A stretch of 64,000 nt of DNA from Batkoa obscura. Its lineage: Eukaryota. A program made the translations under genes and the position numbers. The stretch covers positions 1,116,001-1,180,000 of the forward strand of contig JASVEC010000001.1 of assembly GCA_030770535.1 (NCBI GenBank), read 5' to 3'. The notes under the pieces are model-generated. The model saw nothing but the letters and a program-made list of their open reading frames with translations. It ran no database searches and was not told the origin of the DNA. This document shows, piece after piece, positions 1-14,563 of this stretch. Each line of letters starts with the position of its first letter. The stretch's first letter is position 1.

Positions 1-651
1 GAATAAATTCCAGTCGACCATTCATATCTCATTAACACCTAAGGTGGCTACACATTTAAATAGTAATTAATAATAAATAATGTAATTTTGTTTCACTTTT
101 AATTTTAACTTTGATTACTATTTTACTTTTTGATCTTTTATTTACTATAAAATCTATTAACTTTGTATTTATAAAACCTATTTAATCAAATCATAATCAA
201 TCATTTATTATAATACCAACTATTAGATTCAATAATGCTAGATGTTCAGTGTAGTGGGGTAAATGATTTAAAATCGGATCTACAAGAATTTATTTTGGTA
301 GGTACTATCATAGATTAATCGAAGCAAGTATTTGTGAAAAACTAACGTAAAGTACCAGTACTTTTATTAAAATGTATTTATTTCTGTGCTATCTTAATAT
401 TAGCTTTAATGATTTTTTGGTTTTATTTTTAGAATAGAGTAGCTATTCTCAAATATAATTCACTTGTCCACATAATCACGTATAAAAGTGATGTTCATTT
501 TTTGAAGTGATTAAATGTATTTAAAAGCATAAATGCTCGATACATTATTCATAAAATGGGTGCAACTCCTTTTGCCAAAGGCTGTATAGTTTATAAAGAA
601 TTTAAAAATAAAAGTTTATATATATTTTATAAATGCTTGAGCCAATAAAAA

Positions 652-723
652 GGCTCAATGGTCTAGTGGTATGATTCACCCTTAGGGTGGGTGAGGTCCC
701 GAGTTCAATTCTCGGTTGAGCCC
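652..723 (+). tRNA. tRNA-Pro (AGG)
   Basis: Cloverleaf: acceptor GGCTCAA/TTGAGCC, D-arm TGGTCTAGTGG, anticodon arm CACCC-TTAGGGT-GGGTG, T-arm CCGAG-TTCAATT-CTCGG; T-run shortly downstream. Confidence 0.96.
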
Positions 724-1952
724 GTTGTTTTTACACTATGATGATTTTTTGATTATCTGTCATTACAACGGTATGAGTTATTTGAGATAATGGGTTTAAA
801 AGATTACTAGTTTTATTGCTTTATGTATACTTGAGTTATTTAATCGAACAATACAGTATTAATTTTTTAACTTTTTCTATTGTGATACTATTTTCGATAA
901 TCTAGGTAACATTTTCTACTATATTCTGTAATGTTAATTCATTAAAAGATGGAACGTATTGCTATTAGTAGTTCATATTAACATTTTTAAATTTTAATTT
1001 AGCTCTATTTTTATTAATACAGTAATTAATCAGATATAAATTTTATTTAATGTAAAGGTTGAAGCTTGGTAGTTTAACTAATATTAAACCTATTGTTAAA
1101 AGCTAAAATTAGGCACTGTCAATATCGAATGTTGTTAAACTACAACTTGAGACTATATGGTAAAATTTTAATTTAAAACTCTAAAATACATGGTACTATT
1201 AAGATATTAAATTGCAAATAATACTATCTTAAAACTCCTCTTTTATGAAATATTAGATTAGTTGATTGTAATTAAGTAATTTTATAATTTAAATAATAAA
1301 GTGATAAGTGCTTCTTTATTATTTTACTTTATAAGTTATTCACATTAAACAAATTAGTGACATAAGCGTTTATTAATTGTTAAGTATTAATAATTAATAT
1401 TAATAGGCTTTATAAATAATAAGGCATAGTAGCTAGAAATATATATTTAATTCTAACTTTAATTTTAATAGCTATAGCTATCTAAACAAAGTCATATTAA
1501 ACCAAGTTTGATAAAAGTATATTGCTTTTACTTTTATAAAGTACTCTTACATGTTATAATAATATTAAATAATATATATTAGCTGTAATGGTATCAAATA
1601 ATACCAAGAAAATTAAATAGCAAAATGAAAACTCAAATATTTTCAAGTAATACCAAGATAAGAAAAGTACCATGGAAAAAGGCTCGTAAAATTTTGTTTT
1701 AAGCCAATTTGCTATGGTTCAAATTACATAATTGATCATCCTTAATAAGGTTAAACCAATGATTACAAACTTTACAAATTCAATGATATTTTAAAGTTTT
1801 AATCATTTGTAATAATACATAAACATATCTCATTCAAACTAATAAGTGTGACTATCGGTATGTTATTAGAAAATAATAAAAAATAGTTATACAGTTAAAT
1901 TACAATTTATTAAAATTAAAGCTTATATGATACATTAAAGATGAGTGATAAA

Positions 1953-2405
1953 TTAAGTCCTCATTCTAGCAACTTCCGGAGTTAGAGAAATAAATATTGT
2001 AAGCTCCTTTTCAGGCGTATTTAAGCTCTTTAAATTAAGAGTAGGAAATCCATTGGTCAACATAGAATCGAAATCATTAGCTAACTTGATCCTTCTTCTT
2101 GCATGTTTAAGGCTGTGGTCATCGTGAAAGAACCTTAATTGAGAGGTTGAGCAATTATTCTTCAAGGTATGGTTTAAGCTATGCTGCCTTTTGTTAGAGT
2201 ATTTATGGTGTGATAGACTGTTATCATCTTTACTGTATACTCTACTATTATTTTTTTCTATTCTAGAGGTTGGTAAAGAGTTCATTCTTGCTCTGCCATG
2301 ATGGAAGTTAGTATTTGATAACTCTTCTGTTTTATTTGGTATAGACTTTATTTTATCCCACATACGAGCTAAAGATGAATCCATATTTTGAATAATATTC
2401 TTCAT
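1953..2405 (-). CDS. hypothetical 150-aa basic/Ser-Asn-rich protein
   Basis: ATG-initiated 150-codon ORF in very AT-rich DNA; no recognisable motif. Confidence 0.5.
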   Translation of the reverse strand: MKNIIQNMDSSLARMWDKIKSIPNKTEELSNTNFHHGRARMNSLPTSRIEKNNSRVYSKDDNSLSHHKYSNKRQHSLNHTLKNNCSTSQLRFFHDDHSLKHARRRIKLANDFDSMLTNGFPTLNLKSLNTPEKELTIFISLTPEVARMRT

Positions 2406-4829
2406 TTTATATTTTATTAAAGTTTTTGAATTTAATTAGTTTGATTTCGGTTGTATTTATATATTCTCGATTCCATTATTTCATAATTCGATAATTTTAC
2501 TTTCTAACCGAAATTGTACTTCATTTTCAATAAGTAATGAAGCGGGCAAAAGGCTATAATGATTAATTGTAATGATGTAATAAAATAAAAGTGAGCTGAG
2601 ATTTTTTAGATTTTTCAACTTTTGGCCTAAATTGAGATTTTATTCTAATAATGAACTCGATATTTGCATTTTAACTAATTATTATAATCTGGGGTAAAGA
2701 AAATACCTTAGTGATTAAAGACGTTGAAGGTAAATAAAACTGAAGCAATTTACCCTTAGTTGCATCCTTTTTATTATTTAAGAATGATCTAGCAATTACC
2801 ATACTTCTACAGTTTATCATTTCTATTTACATTTTATAGTTAATTACTTGTGTTTACATTCAATTTTTCTCCCCCTACATCTATGAAGTCAAAAATTCAA
2901 TCATTACAGTGTACGATTATTCTCATTATTACAATATTTAGATCAGGCTCCCAATATATCTTATCTTGGTAAGAGTTATTTGTTTTCTGAAGGCACTCAA
3001 CCATTGGCTTTAACTCCCATATGAAATTCAATTACTGCATATCGTATCGTTACTTTTATTCTAACTTTTGTATACATACTAAGCATTTTAAAGTTGAAAA
3101 ATGTACCGCTATTTTCATATCTTATTATTCAATGAAAATGATATGATTTAATCATCTTTTATTGGTTAGTTTATCTGAGCTATGATTTAAACGTAAGTGT
3201 AAAATACAGCTTAGCCTAAAACTATTTTTACAAATACTAAAATAGTCTACAGATTCTTAAAGTAAACACGTGTTTGTTAATTAAGTGGTTTTATGTAATA
3301 ATATAGTTGTTTTAAAATTATAAACTTAACTATAATTTTCAAATATTAAGTAACAGATTGAAATTAAATAACAAATATAGGAAAAATGACTTATTATATC
3401 TTTAATATTAACTGAAATTAAAATACTAACATTCAAAAAAACTAATATTATGACAGTCAATGTGTAAAGTATAGACAATTATGATTAAATTACAGCATAT
3501 AATCTATAAACTTACTAAGTCCACTTTATATACAAATAAGTTCAACTATGTATGGTTTAATATGATTGGGAGTTACAAAAAGCTAGATATTAGATCACCT
3601 ACTACTGTTAATATTAATAGACAAAATAATATAATTTAAACCAATATAATATGCTAAAACAATTCTACATTTTTTTAAAGTTAAATTTTATTTATAATTG
3701 ATTGTAAAAAAAGGAATAATTTAATAATCAACCTAACCAGCTTAATAAGATTATAGCTTTTAATTAAATTATATTTAGGCTTTTTATTATGTAATTAAAA
3801 TTATAGCACATCAATAGATTTTAGAATATAAAATAATTTGCTTTTTAAAGATTAGAAATATCAAATTGCTAATCAATCAAAAAATGTTATTTATTTAATG
3901 TGTTATTAAATATTATTTTAAGGTTATTTGATATAGTTAAATAATAAACCTATCCCTGAATTTTAGTTTTATTATTTAATTAGTCAATTTATCTATCCCT
4001 GAACTTTTATTTGATTTTAAGCTTTTTTATACTTTAAATTAGCTAATTTAACTAATGAACAAAATTTTAATTATTAATATTATTAATTTACTATATTTAT
4101 ATCTAATAAGTTTATTTACTGTTAGATGCTTTATAGTTTAAATATAAATAAAGTATTTAACAAAAATAACGTAAAAAACAAAGTTGATATATTTTCTATA
4201 AATTTAATTAAAATACATTATAAATTTAGTTAAATGAAAAATGAAAAATCAATTAAAATATTAAATATCATAAAATAAATAGTTGTTGTACTCAGTAGTT
4301 AAAGTGTAAATATTACACCCTTAAAAAATTAAAAAAACTATCACCAATGATAGCATAGGTTATTTGAGGAAATAAACAAGATAAAGAAAAAAAGTCATAT
4401 AACCCATTATTTATGGAAACCTTAAGATGCTAACAAAAATATTGGAATAGTACACTAAAATATTTGAAACATTTTTTATTCAATAGTTTAATATGAACTA
4501 AAAATAAAAGTAAACTATTCCAAACCCTGAAAACAACGTCCTACTGATAAGGGTAAATGACTATTGAATACACCTGAAGAGTCTTCATATAATTGTACTG
4601 AAGGAGTAAAGTTCAAAGAGATGTAAATAATTCAAAGCAAGGGATTGACGCTACATAAATGATGAAGACAGGGCTAAAACCTACAAGCAAAACTTAAAAA
4701 AGCCAATAAATTTTTGACACTTGATTCTTAATCTTATCTAGTACAAAATCGGTATAAATACAAATGTTTAAAAAATACGGCGATTCTTTTATTTAAATGA
4801 TGAAAGCCTGTCCATTACAAATAATTGTT

Positions 4830-7629
4830 TCAAAGCTTTCTTTTCTTTCGGACCATTTCTTCCTTAGATACTTCTATATGGTTAATATCAAAACCACATT
4901 CTATATCGTCTTTGGACGCTTCTTCATACGAAGTAAGCTCTGAATCATCTTCATATCCATCCAATGCTTCATATAGCTTTCTTGTAATTTTTACTTCTTT
5001 TTTACGCCAAACTTCTTGGATTTCTTCCGTTTCTCTACCTTCTGTTTTTCCTTGGCCATTCAATTTACTAGTGTGTGCTTTATCTCTACCATGCCCATCT
5101 TCAAACATTTGCTCATCTATTACTATTCCTTCTTCACTTATTTGCGCTTCTTCAATTTCTTTCGCCTCTTCATTTATTTGCTCTTCTCTTACTTTTTGTC
5201 CTTTTATTTTTTCTTTTTCCATTTCCTTGTCCTTATCTTCGTTACTGTTTTTATTTTTTATTTTAGACTGGGGCCTAAACACTCTTTTAAATTCTTTTAT
5301 AGGGATCGAAAAAGAGCTGTAGTCAGCATAAGTTGGGATAATTGCAGGACAGAACTTGATTGGGTAGTATGTTAGCCCACCTGTCAAAGAATAAATATTG
5401 GTGAAGTCTTTATATATAAACGCTTCGGGTGCAGTTATTTCTTTGGCCTTAATTAACATTCTTTTATTGATACAATTATCACAATTACATTCTTCTTGAC
5501 ATATAAAACAATGCCATTCTTTAAGTTGAGAAATTGAATAGGGATCTGTGTTCTCTTTAGTAACCAGAACTTTATGACATACTTTGGATTTACATTTACT
5601 ACAACTTACCACGTCGATCCCTAAGTGGATTTCTTTACAAGGTTTACAGTGCATGTTTCTCTAAATCAAAATAAGTATTGAAACTTCATTAGGAATGGCA
5701 ACTTACCCTTTTTAATAAGAAATAGTTCTTTAATGCTACAGTAAGCGTTGAATGAACATTGGAGCCATTTTTATATACCATACTAAAATTAAAGTTAAAC
5801 ATTACTCCTTTATAAAAAAACTACTTACTTTATGTATGGTTCATTCGGAACAATTTCGTTGCTTCCGTTTTTTTGCAAATAATTATTAAGTGTAGAAATA
5901 AAATCACAAGTTTTTTGGCTTATAACTTCTACACTTTTAACACTTTTAAATTGAATAAATTTCATGTTTTTGCACACTCTTCCCATCCCAAGGCAGTGAA
6001 TACAAATTTCATGCCCGATTTCATTTCCGTTCTCACATAAACCACAATGAAAATAATGAAGATAGATATCTGATTTACAAAAATCGCAAACTATATTGTA
6101 TTCGTAATATGAATCTTCAGGCAAAACAGTTGGTTCTATTCCTTTAATTAAACGAACGCTGTCATCTTTTATTTCATCTCTAAGCGAATGACAATAAAGT
6201 TCTAACAATAATTTATAATCTTCTACAAAGTTACTTAATTTATTTCGGCAATAAGCTTTGATTTTGTTTTTTTTATTCTTTTCCATCCATCTCATCATCT
6301 TATTAATCCCATAATCCACCATTCTTTTCGTTTGGTAAATCTCTGGTTTCAAGATCCTTCGGTTAATCAGATTGACTTCTTCAATCGCATATTTCAACGA
6401 TTTAGCTGTATTTCTATTCCATGAGTATTTGACATTAGCTCCTTTACCAACATTAACGACCTGATGAGCACATAAAGAAGGAACAAAAACAAAATCACCA
6501 AGGCATTGTTCAATAAGCGTTACTTTAAATGGCATTTCCATTATTTTATGAACCGGCATACAATAGTTATCTTGATCTAATGAATAAAACCCCCCTCCAT
6601 TTTCAGCAAAGAATTTTCGTGCTAATTTTCGATTATTTGTGTCAATCATAAACCAAAGGGCTTTACTGCCATTTTCGCTGCTTACCATAATATTGTGACC
6701 TACTGAACCGCAAATGTCAAAGTGTGCTGGGGTATAAGTACCTTCATACCCAACATAAAGCATCAAGTTATCAATTGAATTCTTGTTCATACTATTAAGG
6801 TCATTGCATCCCAAATATTGTAAATCGGAAGGAATAATTTTATTGATTTTATTCTTCCATTCAGGTGGGTACTCGATATCTTTACCGTATAGTAATGGAG
6901 AACTCTCACAAGACTTTTTGCGCTCCATCGATTCACAAAATTTAGTGAATGTCATAAATCTATCCTGTTTTTTCTTTAAATCTCGGACTGCGACTTCTAT
7001 TTAAATGTTTAGCTTCACTTATATTCCACATTATCAATCTTACCAGTGCTTTTCATCTTTTTTTTCAACCAGTCTAAACTAAATAGCTCACTATCAAATT
7101 GCTCCAACTTGTGTAAATTCTTAATTACCAATGGTGTCCCTTGTATAACTACTTTCTCATCAACTTCGTTGAGAATCTTATCCCAACCTTCCGAAGCATC
7201 AATTGTAAAACCCTCAACGAAGTTAGGGTACCTTATCAAATTTTCATAGCTATATTCTTCTTCACTATATTTCATTTCATCTGCATCATTGTATTTATTA
7301 ACTACTTCCTCTAAATTCGTTGGTGAAAAATACTGACCATTTTTTTGATTAACTAGATTGTTTGTATTATTGTTTTTGGTATCTTGATTCAATGAATTAT
7401 TTTCTTCATAAACTAGACTGCTATTATTACTATCTTCGATTTGAGTCAGTGAACTTGTTTCTTCATTAAATAGAATGTCAATATTATAATCCTCAAATTC
7501 TTGATTCAACAAGTCATTTTGTTGATCAACTGGATTTTCAGCATTATTATTTTCACTTTCTTGAGTTAGTGATCCAGTTATTTCATCGACTAGGTTGTCA
7601 GTATTACTATCCTTAATATCTTCGCTCAT
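4830..7629 (-). CDS. JmjC-domain protein (putative histone demethylase) with Cys-rich zinc fingers; 4 exons (approx. 7629-7044, 6996-5829, 5782-5707, 5660-4830)
   Basis: JmjC motifs TYTPAHFD (HxD) and QCLGDFVFVPSLCAHQVVN; CDFC..HCGLC..CIHC finger; C-terminal CxxC clusters (CFICQEECNCDNC); GT-AG introns of about 46 nt join three ORFs. Confidence 0.88.
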
Positions 7630-9011
7630 TAAATAATTCGTTCAAGATTGAAAGTCTATCTGATTTTAATTCAAGTTTTCTTCTTTTTGCCATAACTTTT
7701 TCTAAGCTCCATCACTTAAATTCCATCCAATAAGATTTCATCTATCATAACTTTTGCTTTTATTTTTGCATTTTTAAAAAAATGTGGATTCAACTTCTGT
7801 GCAGGATTGTTTGAATAATCTATACTTTTGATTTTTTATAACTTGACCAATATTAAATAAAATTAATAATACTCAAAGCGCAATAAACTTTGGATACCAA
7901 TATATTATCAACTGTCCAAAGTTTTATTTAAGAAGTATATTTTTAGAATATTAAAACCAAAGTTAGTTTATTACAAAAATTGTCTTCTTCACCTTCTTCA
8001 AATCTACAAACTATTTAGATTTGAGCTACCTTTTAAGAATTGTATAAGTCAGGTAAGATCTAAGTAAACTGTAATATAAAAGCATTGAGATCAAAATGTG
8101 ATTAAATACAAGAATTATTGTAGTAAGCCAAAGCTATAAAAAATGCTTAAAAATCAAATTATTTGCAAAAACTTGTTATAAACATTTAATCAAGTAAAAT
8201 ATAAATAAATCTGTTTAAACATTATAATCTAATCAAAGCTGTTATCTTATTATAAAAATGTATACTTTATTAAATAGATTGTGTTGTCAGGCTGAAAAAA
8301 CCATACTAAACTTTATAATAAATAGGTAGAGGGCGGATAAATTTTCAACCAATAAAAACATATAAAAAACAAGGGATAAAATTCAATCCAATAAAATAGA
8401 ATCAAGAAATATATGGAACATAGCAACCCTTTTCATTACATAAGCAATATGGGAGGGTTTTTATATAGTTTTTAGCTTTATAGTTAACAGGCATATTAAA
8501 AACAATACCAATATTCTAAATTTTATTGTTAAACTTGAACACTAAGCTTTATTGTAAATTAAACAAAAAACCCAGAATTATAGATATTAAATCACAGAAA
8601 TCATTACATCATGAGCTAATACTATTGTGCATAACCCCGGTTTACTCAAGTTACCTGCAGAAATCTATTTTTATTACTCAAAATTGTCAAGAATAAATTA
8701 TGAATAAAATTATGAATAAAAGGAAATAAATAAAATACAAAAAAATAGTTGGATATACACAAATAGTTTTGCTTTTAATCTTTTTTATACTCTACTACTT
8801 CATAATTTTGTTTATTATTTATACAAATAAGCTAAATTACTGTATATTTAAGGGTTTTATATAATTCTGAGACCAAAAGTAGTTTAAAATCCATTTACTA
8901 AATCAAAAAAGTTAACCTAGCTGTTCAAGAATAAAAATCCAAATTTCTGTAATCTGACTTAAGCGAACCAATTTAAATTGAGAAAAAGTAAGTTTGACTT
9001 TTTAATTTAAA

Positions 9012-12000
9012 ATGAGTGCCGAAAATCCGATTGATTCAAAGATTGGACCTAAGGGTAACTTAAATCAATTTAAATTAAACCAGGCTGAAGGTGCCCATGT
9101 TGCTGGTTCTACTACAGTGAGTGATGACATTATCACAGGTGTTTCAAACAGTGTAATTGAAGCAAAATCAGTATCTGAAGTAGTCTCAGGAGCGGCTGAA
9201 GAAACAACTGAGAACAGCGCAGAGAAGCAATATAATCACATACAGGAGGCTGTTATACATGCATCTGAAGCTTATATTGAGGCTTCAAAGGGAATCGAGA
9301 ACGAAATTCGTGAATCAGTGCCAACTACTAGCTGGGAAGGTGAGGTAGCCAATGAGATCGTTGGTGATGATATTGGTATAAATAATGAGAATGGAGGTGA
9401 AGTAAGCGAAGAAGAGATAGATGATAGTAGTATTTCTAGTGTTTATAATCGGGAGAACCATCCTAACAGTTTTAATCAAAAAGAAACTTTTATTTCTGAA
9501 AGTAGAGATGCTAATGAAATTAATGAGGAAAGAGAAAGTAGAACCGGTAATATTTGTATACTTTTTAACTTATTAAGTATTAATTTATAATTTGATTAGA
9601 TCACGAAAAGAATGAATGGGATGCCATCGAAGTTTCTAATCGTCCAGCCTTTAGCTTAAAGGATTTACCTGATAAATCTTCAACGAATAATACAAATAGT
9701 AAAAGTTCCGCAATTTCTGAAACCGATGCGTTTGCTTCTATGCTTGTAGAAAGTGTAACCAATGATACATTCAAAGACCAAAAAAATTCATCTCATATTG
9801 AAGATATTGACATTAATTCCATATTAGATCTTGATCAAAACACTGTTAATAAAAACACGAAAGTAGTCAATGGCTTAAGTGATGAAGCAAAAGAAAAAGA
9901 AAAAACAGAAGAAAGGTTAAATAATGGCAGCGAATCATGTAGATCTACTAAGGAGTTAGAAGAAGTTTTGAACCATGAGTTCAGAGATTCATTTTCCCTT
10001 AATGATTTTGATGTGTTTAAAAATACACATTTGCAGCGGGAAAATGCCAAGAAATCCAAAAGCAATCCAGAAGTTTTTGATTATACTCCTGTTTCTTCTA
10101 AACCAACTAACATTGGAGACGATGTTGGCGATCCAGGTAAAAAGAAATTAAATCATTTATATTAAACTGGAATAATTAATTAAATAGAATTGAAAGGTAA
10201 GATTTCTAATGATATTAAGACTTCAGAAGATTCCGAATCTTTAAAGCTTGATTGTAGTCAATCATTGAAATCGAAAGCAGATCATACTTTAGTTAAAGAA
10301 GATGAACCGGTTAAATTGGAGAAAAAAGCGGATATTCAAGATAACACTCAAGAAGTAATTGATGAAAATGATATTAATCAAAATAGCTCAAATAATATCG
10401 ATTTGAATGAGAATGATAAATCAACAATCAATAAAGCAAATGAAGGCAATTATTTTAGTAAACTTAATGATTCTATTGGACATGAGATTATGCAAAATAA
10501 AATAAACAATCAAAATCAGAATTGTAATAAAGATATTAAAAGGGGTGACTTAAACTTATCTGTTTCAAATAATATGCGGGAATTCGCTTTTGATAACTAT
10601 GATGGCCAAAATAATAACATAAATAGTATTGAACAAAACACTAAAGCAATTGATCATAAGAATGACATGGATAAGATTATTAATGAAAATGGTAAGTATA
10701 TATTATCTTCAATAATAATTATTATAATAAAATATAGGTTATAATGAACATGAAACTATGAATGATCAGTTGCATGATAATGGTGAAGGTGAAGTATATC
10801 TCAAGCTAAATGGTAATTTTAGTTATACTATATAAAAAACACCAATTTATAATAATATATAGATTCTGATGAAAAGTCAAACAATAGCTTACCAATTGAA
10901 ACTAGTCAAAATAATTCATCAAATGTAATACATTCTATATTCCATACACAAGAAGAATCAGAAAAATATGATAACGCTGTTGAAATTACTAAATTAATAG
11001 ATGATTTAACAACAAATTTATTTACGTTTAATGAAGATGTGATCTTTAAATCTCTATTAAAGGTAGATGAAGCATATAATCCAAATAATATTCCAAATGC
11101 TATTGAAGAGGTTTTTGATGAAAACTATAATAGAGAGAATGGACTTGCTAATGATGAAAACGAAAATATTGATAGTAAAAATGAAATTTTAACTGGATCA
11201 ATTTTAGATTATGATGGTGCGGATCATTTGGGTAATGGAGTTCACAATGCATTACATATCCAAAGAATAGAAGATCAAGGTGATGAGGGGGGGGAGAATC
11301 ACGATGGTAATACTGAATTTATTAATAATTATTATAACGATGAATATCGTTTTCGTGGTTATATGGCATCTAGCGGGGATGATAGCGATGGTTTTGCTAA
11401 AAAGCCATTAACTATGGCACCAACAGCAGCTAATCAAAACGATTATACAAGTGACCCAGTAGAAGATGTATTTGCAGAAGAAAGTGAAAATGATAGTGTT
11501 AAGGATTTTTATGATAATGAGTTAAATAAAAATTTTACGAAAACTCAAACGGACAGTAAAGATGAAGAATCATTATGGGATAACCAACAAAATGAGAGAA
11601 GCTCAGATGACAGTGATACTTGGAATAGAATTTCAAAGGAAAATAAAAGCAATAATAAAATTAATAATAAAACCAAAAAAATAGTTTTAGAGGAATCAAA
11701 TCAAAACCAAAGAGAAGAGTGGCATAAATTAAGTAAGCCATCCTCGAAAGCAAGTAATAATGCTGTAGTTAATAAGTTAACTGCAAAATGGGTGAATGGA
11801 ATAAAGGAAGAAGACCTCAATGAAGTAAACTTTGATGTGCCAGGTGAAAGTTGGAAAACGTATTTGAAATGGATTATAGCTAGCAAAGATAAAGACTTTA
11901 AAGATGCGTCAATAGTAGATCAACCCATATTAAGTGATGTCGAAGATGAATGGAAAGATAGACCAAGGAGCTTTTCAGATTTTTATGTTAAATCGTGGTC

Positions 12001-13204
12001 TAGCGGTAGTCAAAATGAGGAGTATTATGAAGATGATGAAAGATCCGAAAGAAAAGGCAAGAAGAAATTATGCGAAGAAAATGGCCATGCAAATAAAAGT
12101 TCAGTTAAGGTAATAGTAATTTAATTATTCATACTAGTGATAACGATTATATAGGAATCTGACAATAAAGAGCTCAAAGGAAATCTAGATGAAGAATTAG
12201 GATCGAACTCAAGCTCAAAGCAAGAATCAAATCCCACCATACAATCGGGGAATTATAGTAGTTCATTTTTAGAACTTTTAACTGAACAAAAAGAGTTTGA
12301 TGATAAAAAGTTAGATTGCTTTGATAAAAATTCCGATATCCATGTAAAACATGTTGACGATAGTCTAAATGATTTTTCAAGCAATGTTGTAAATCCAAAA
12401 TCTATTTCAGTATTACCAGAAGACAATGATAATAATAGCAACAATAATTATAATAAAGGCAATAATAATGGTGTTAATCACAATATAAATAATATCAGTG
12501 ATAATAATAATAATGTCACCAATGGTAATACGAGTAATAATATTAGTAATGACAAAGAGATTGAAGATTTATTAAACTCAATCAATTCAGTAAATTTGAC
12601 CCATATTAAACCATCAGCGCCAAGTATAAATTTAAAACGTGGGCAAAGCGAAACATCAAATGGCAGTAATAAAAGTGCAAATCACGGCTCTAATGAATTT
12701 ATTGATTTTAAAAATAATCCAGTAATTCATTATAGTAACGAAGTATTAAATAAATCCAAAAGAGGGGAAGATAACGATAATGAGCTATTAAAAGCAAAAA
12801 GACAAGCCACTGAATTATGTAGTAGTAAATCAGGCCAAATATTTAAGGATAACAATGAAGAGTTGAATAAAATTCCATCAATTTTAACATCAAATAGGAA
12901 GATCAAATCCAATTTACAATTTGATTTACTTGGGGTATCAGATAGCAAAGATGATAATAATAAATCAAGCCCTCAAATTAATGGTATTGATATTGGTCAA
13001 AAAGTAGAAACAAGTAATCAACGCGAAACTCGAGTTAAAATTGTATACTTTGACACTCCAAATGGCCCACAAAAATTTGTATGGGATTTAATTTATAATC
13101 CATATTATTTATTAAGAGAATTCTGTACCAAAAACAATATCACCAATGAACATTATTTTGATGGTTTATTATTTTACCTTAACCGGTTTCAAAAAAATTA
13201 TTAA
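9012..13204 (+). CDS. large multi-exon acidic Asn/Glu/Ser-rich low-complexity protein of unknown function
   Basis: Consecutive same-strand ORFs (9012, 9740, 10190, 11039, 12596) separated by short GT..AG introns near 9547, 10137, 10692, 10813 and 12110; uniform composition. Confidence 0.75.
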
Positions 13205-13667
13205 AGCTAGTCAATATTCACTAAATTGTGAATTATCATCTTTTCATATTGTTTTATTATTGATTATATTGTAAAGTGAGCTTTAGATGCCTTTAGTATC
13301 GATCTTTAGTTGTTTAAAATTTAGATAAATTAATTTTTTGAATTAAAATTTCTGATTTTAAGATTACCCCTAATAAAAAATAAAATTACCAAGTACTTCA
13401 TTCAATAATTAGTTCCTGAAATCATTAGTTTAATTTACATTTCATACCTGAATAACAATTTTTATTTTTAGTCTGTGTTGAACTAACAATATTAAATATT
13501 TAAACAGCCTTGTTCAAAGCTTTCTAGGCAGTTTAAAAGTAACGATTTATTTATACTTTTTTATCATTACGCTGCATATTGAAATCATGCTTCCCTTAGC
13601 AACAAAGAACAATAAAAAAGGATATGAAAATCAATAATTAAAATCAAAGTTGACAACTTTAACAAAT

Positions 13668-13763
13668 GGGGATATATTTTTGTGTTTAAGAATTTTACTA
13701 ACAATCTTTCCACTCAAATAGCGCTTAAAAGATGGAAAAAATGAAGCCAAAAAAAACACCCCT
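13668..13763. mobile_element. ~98-bp MITE copy
   Basis: GGGGAT...ACACCCCT, internal AAATAGCGCTTAAAA; TSD AAAT/AAAT. Confidence 0.9.
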
Positions 13764-14563
13764 AAATGGATTTTGAAATATTGTTTGTGTGAAACCGTTG
13801 TCATTTTTCACATATATCCTTAAAAAACTAATTGTTCAAGTAAAAGTTTCACTTATAATATATATTCGTGTTATGTTTAAGCTGGATTATATTGTTAGTT
13901 ATTGAATATCCATTTATTTTAAATAATACTTCACACAAAGATTTTTAAAATAGTTTTAATCTAATGAAATCAAGCCTTTTAGTTTCTTCTTTTATTGTTC
14001 ATGAATGCTATTTTTCAAAATTTAGGAAAGTATCAAGGTATATTTAGACCAGCCCTCTAACTGATGTTTGAACTTCTTGATCCCTTATATCACATAGTTT
14101 AAGCATTTCTGGCTATATCAGTTTAATTCGAAATTATATAGATTGACTTAATTATTATAAACTTTTCAATATTTTTATTTCATTATAGGTGCGATATATT
14201 ATAAAGTATCTACCTAAAAAGGTTATTGTCAAGTTTGATAAAGTATAGGATTTTCTGTAATGCAATTTATTAACATTGTTATTTTTGTTAATAACCAAAA
14301 TTAGTATATTTTTTAATAAATTAAAAATTAATTGCAACAAATCCCGACAAAAAAAGAACCAATAAATGGAACTAATAAAGAAAATCCCAGGTAATAATTG
14401 GACATAAATGTTCGACTCCAAATAAAGCAATTGCCATTAACTTGCTCATCCGAAATCAATGTATTGTAATAACAATTCCAAGAACACCTTTATAAATCAA
14501 AAATAACAGCCATTTCCTCAAACCCATTTGTTCTTTTTTAAATAATATTAACAGTAAAATAAG

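Noticed and set aside
4555..4820. ATGATGA and CTGA boxes suggesting C/D snoRNAs
   Set aside because: No properly spaced C and D pair with a terminal stem or recognisable rRNA guide
4825..5375. Plus-strand ORFs of 165, 119 and 63 aa
   Set aside because: Antisense shadows of the Glu/Lys-rich last exon of the JmjC gene; the same applies to short antisense ORFs over the other genes
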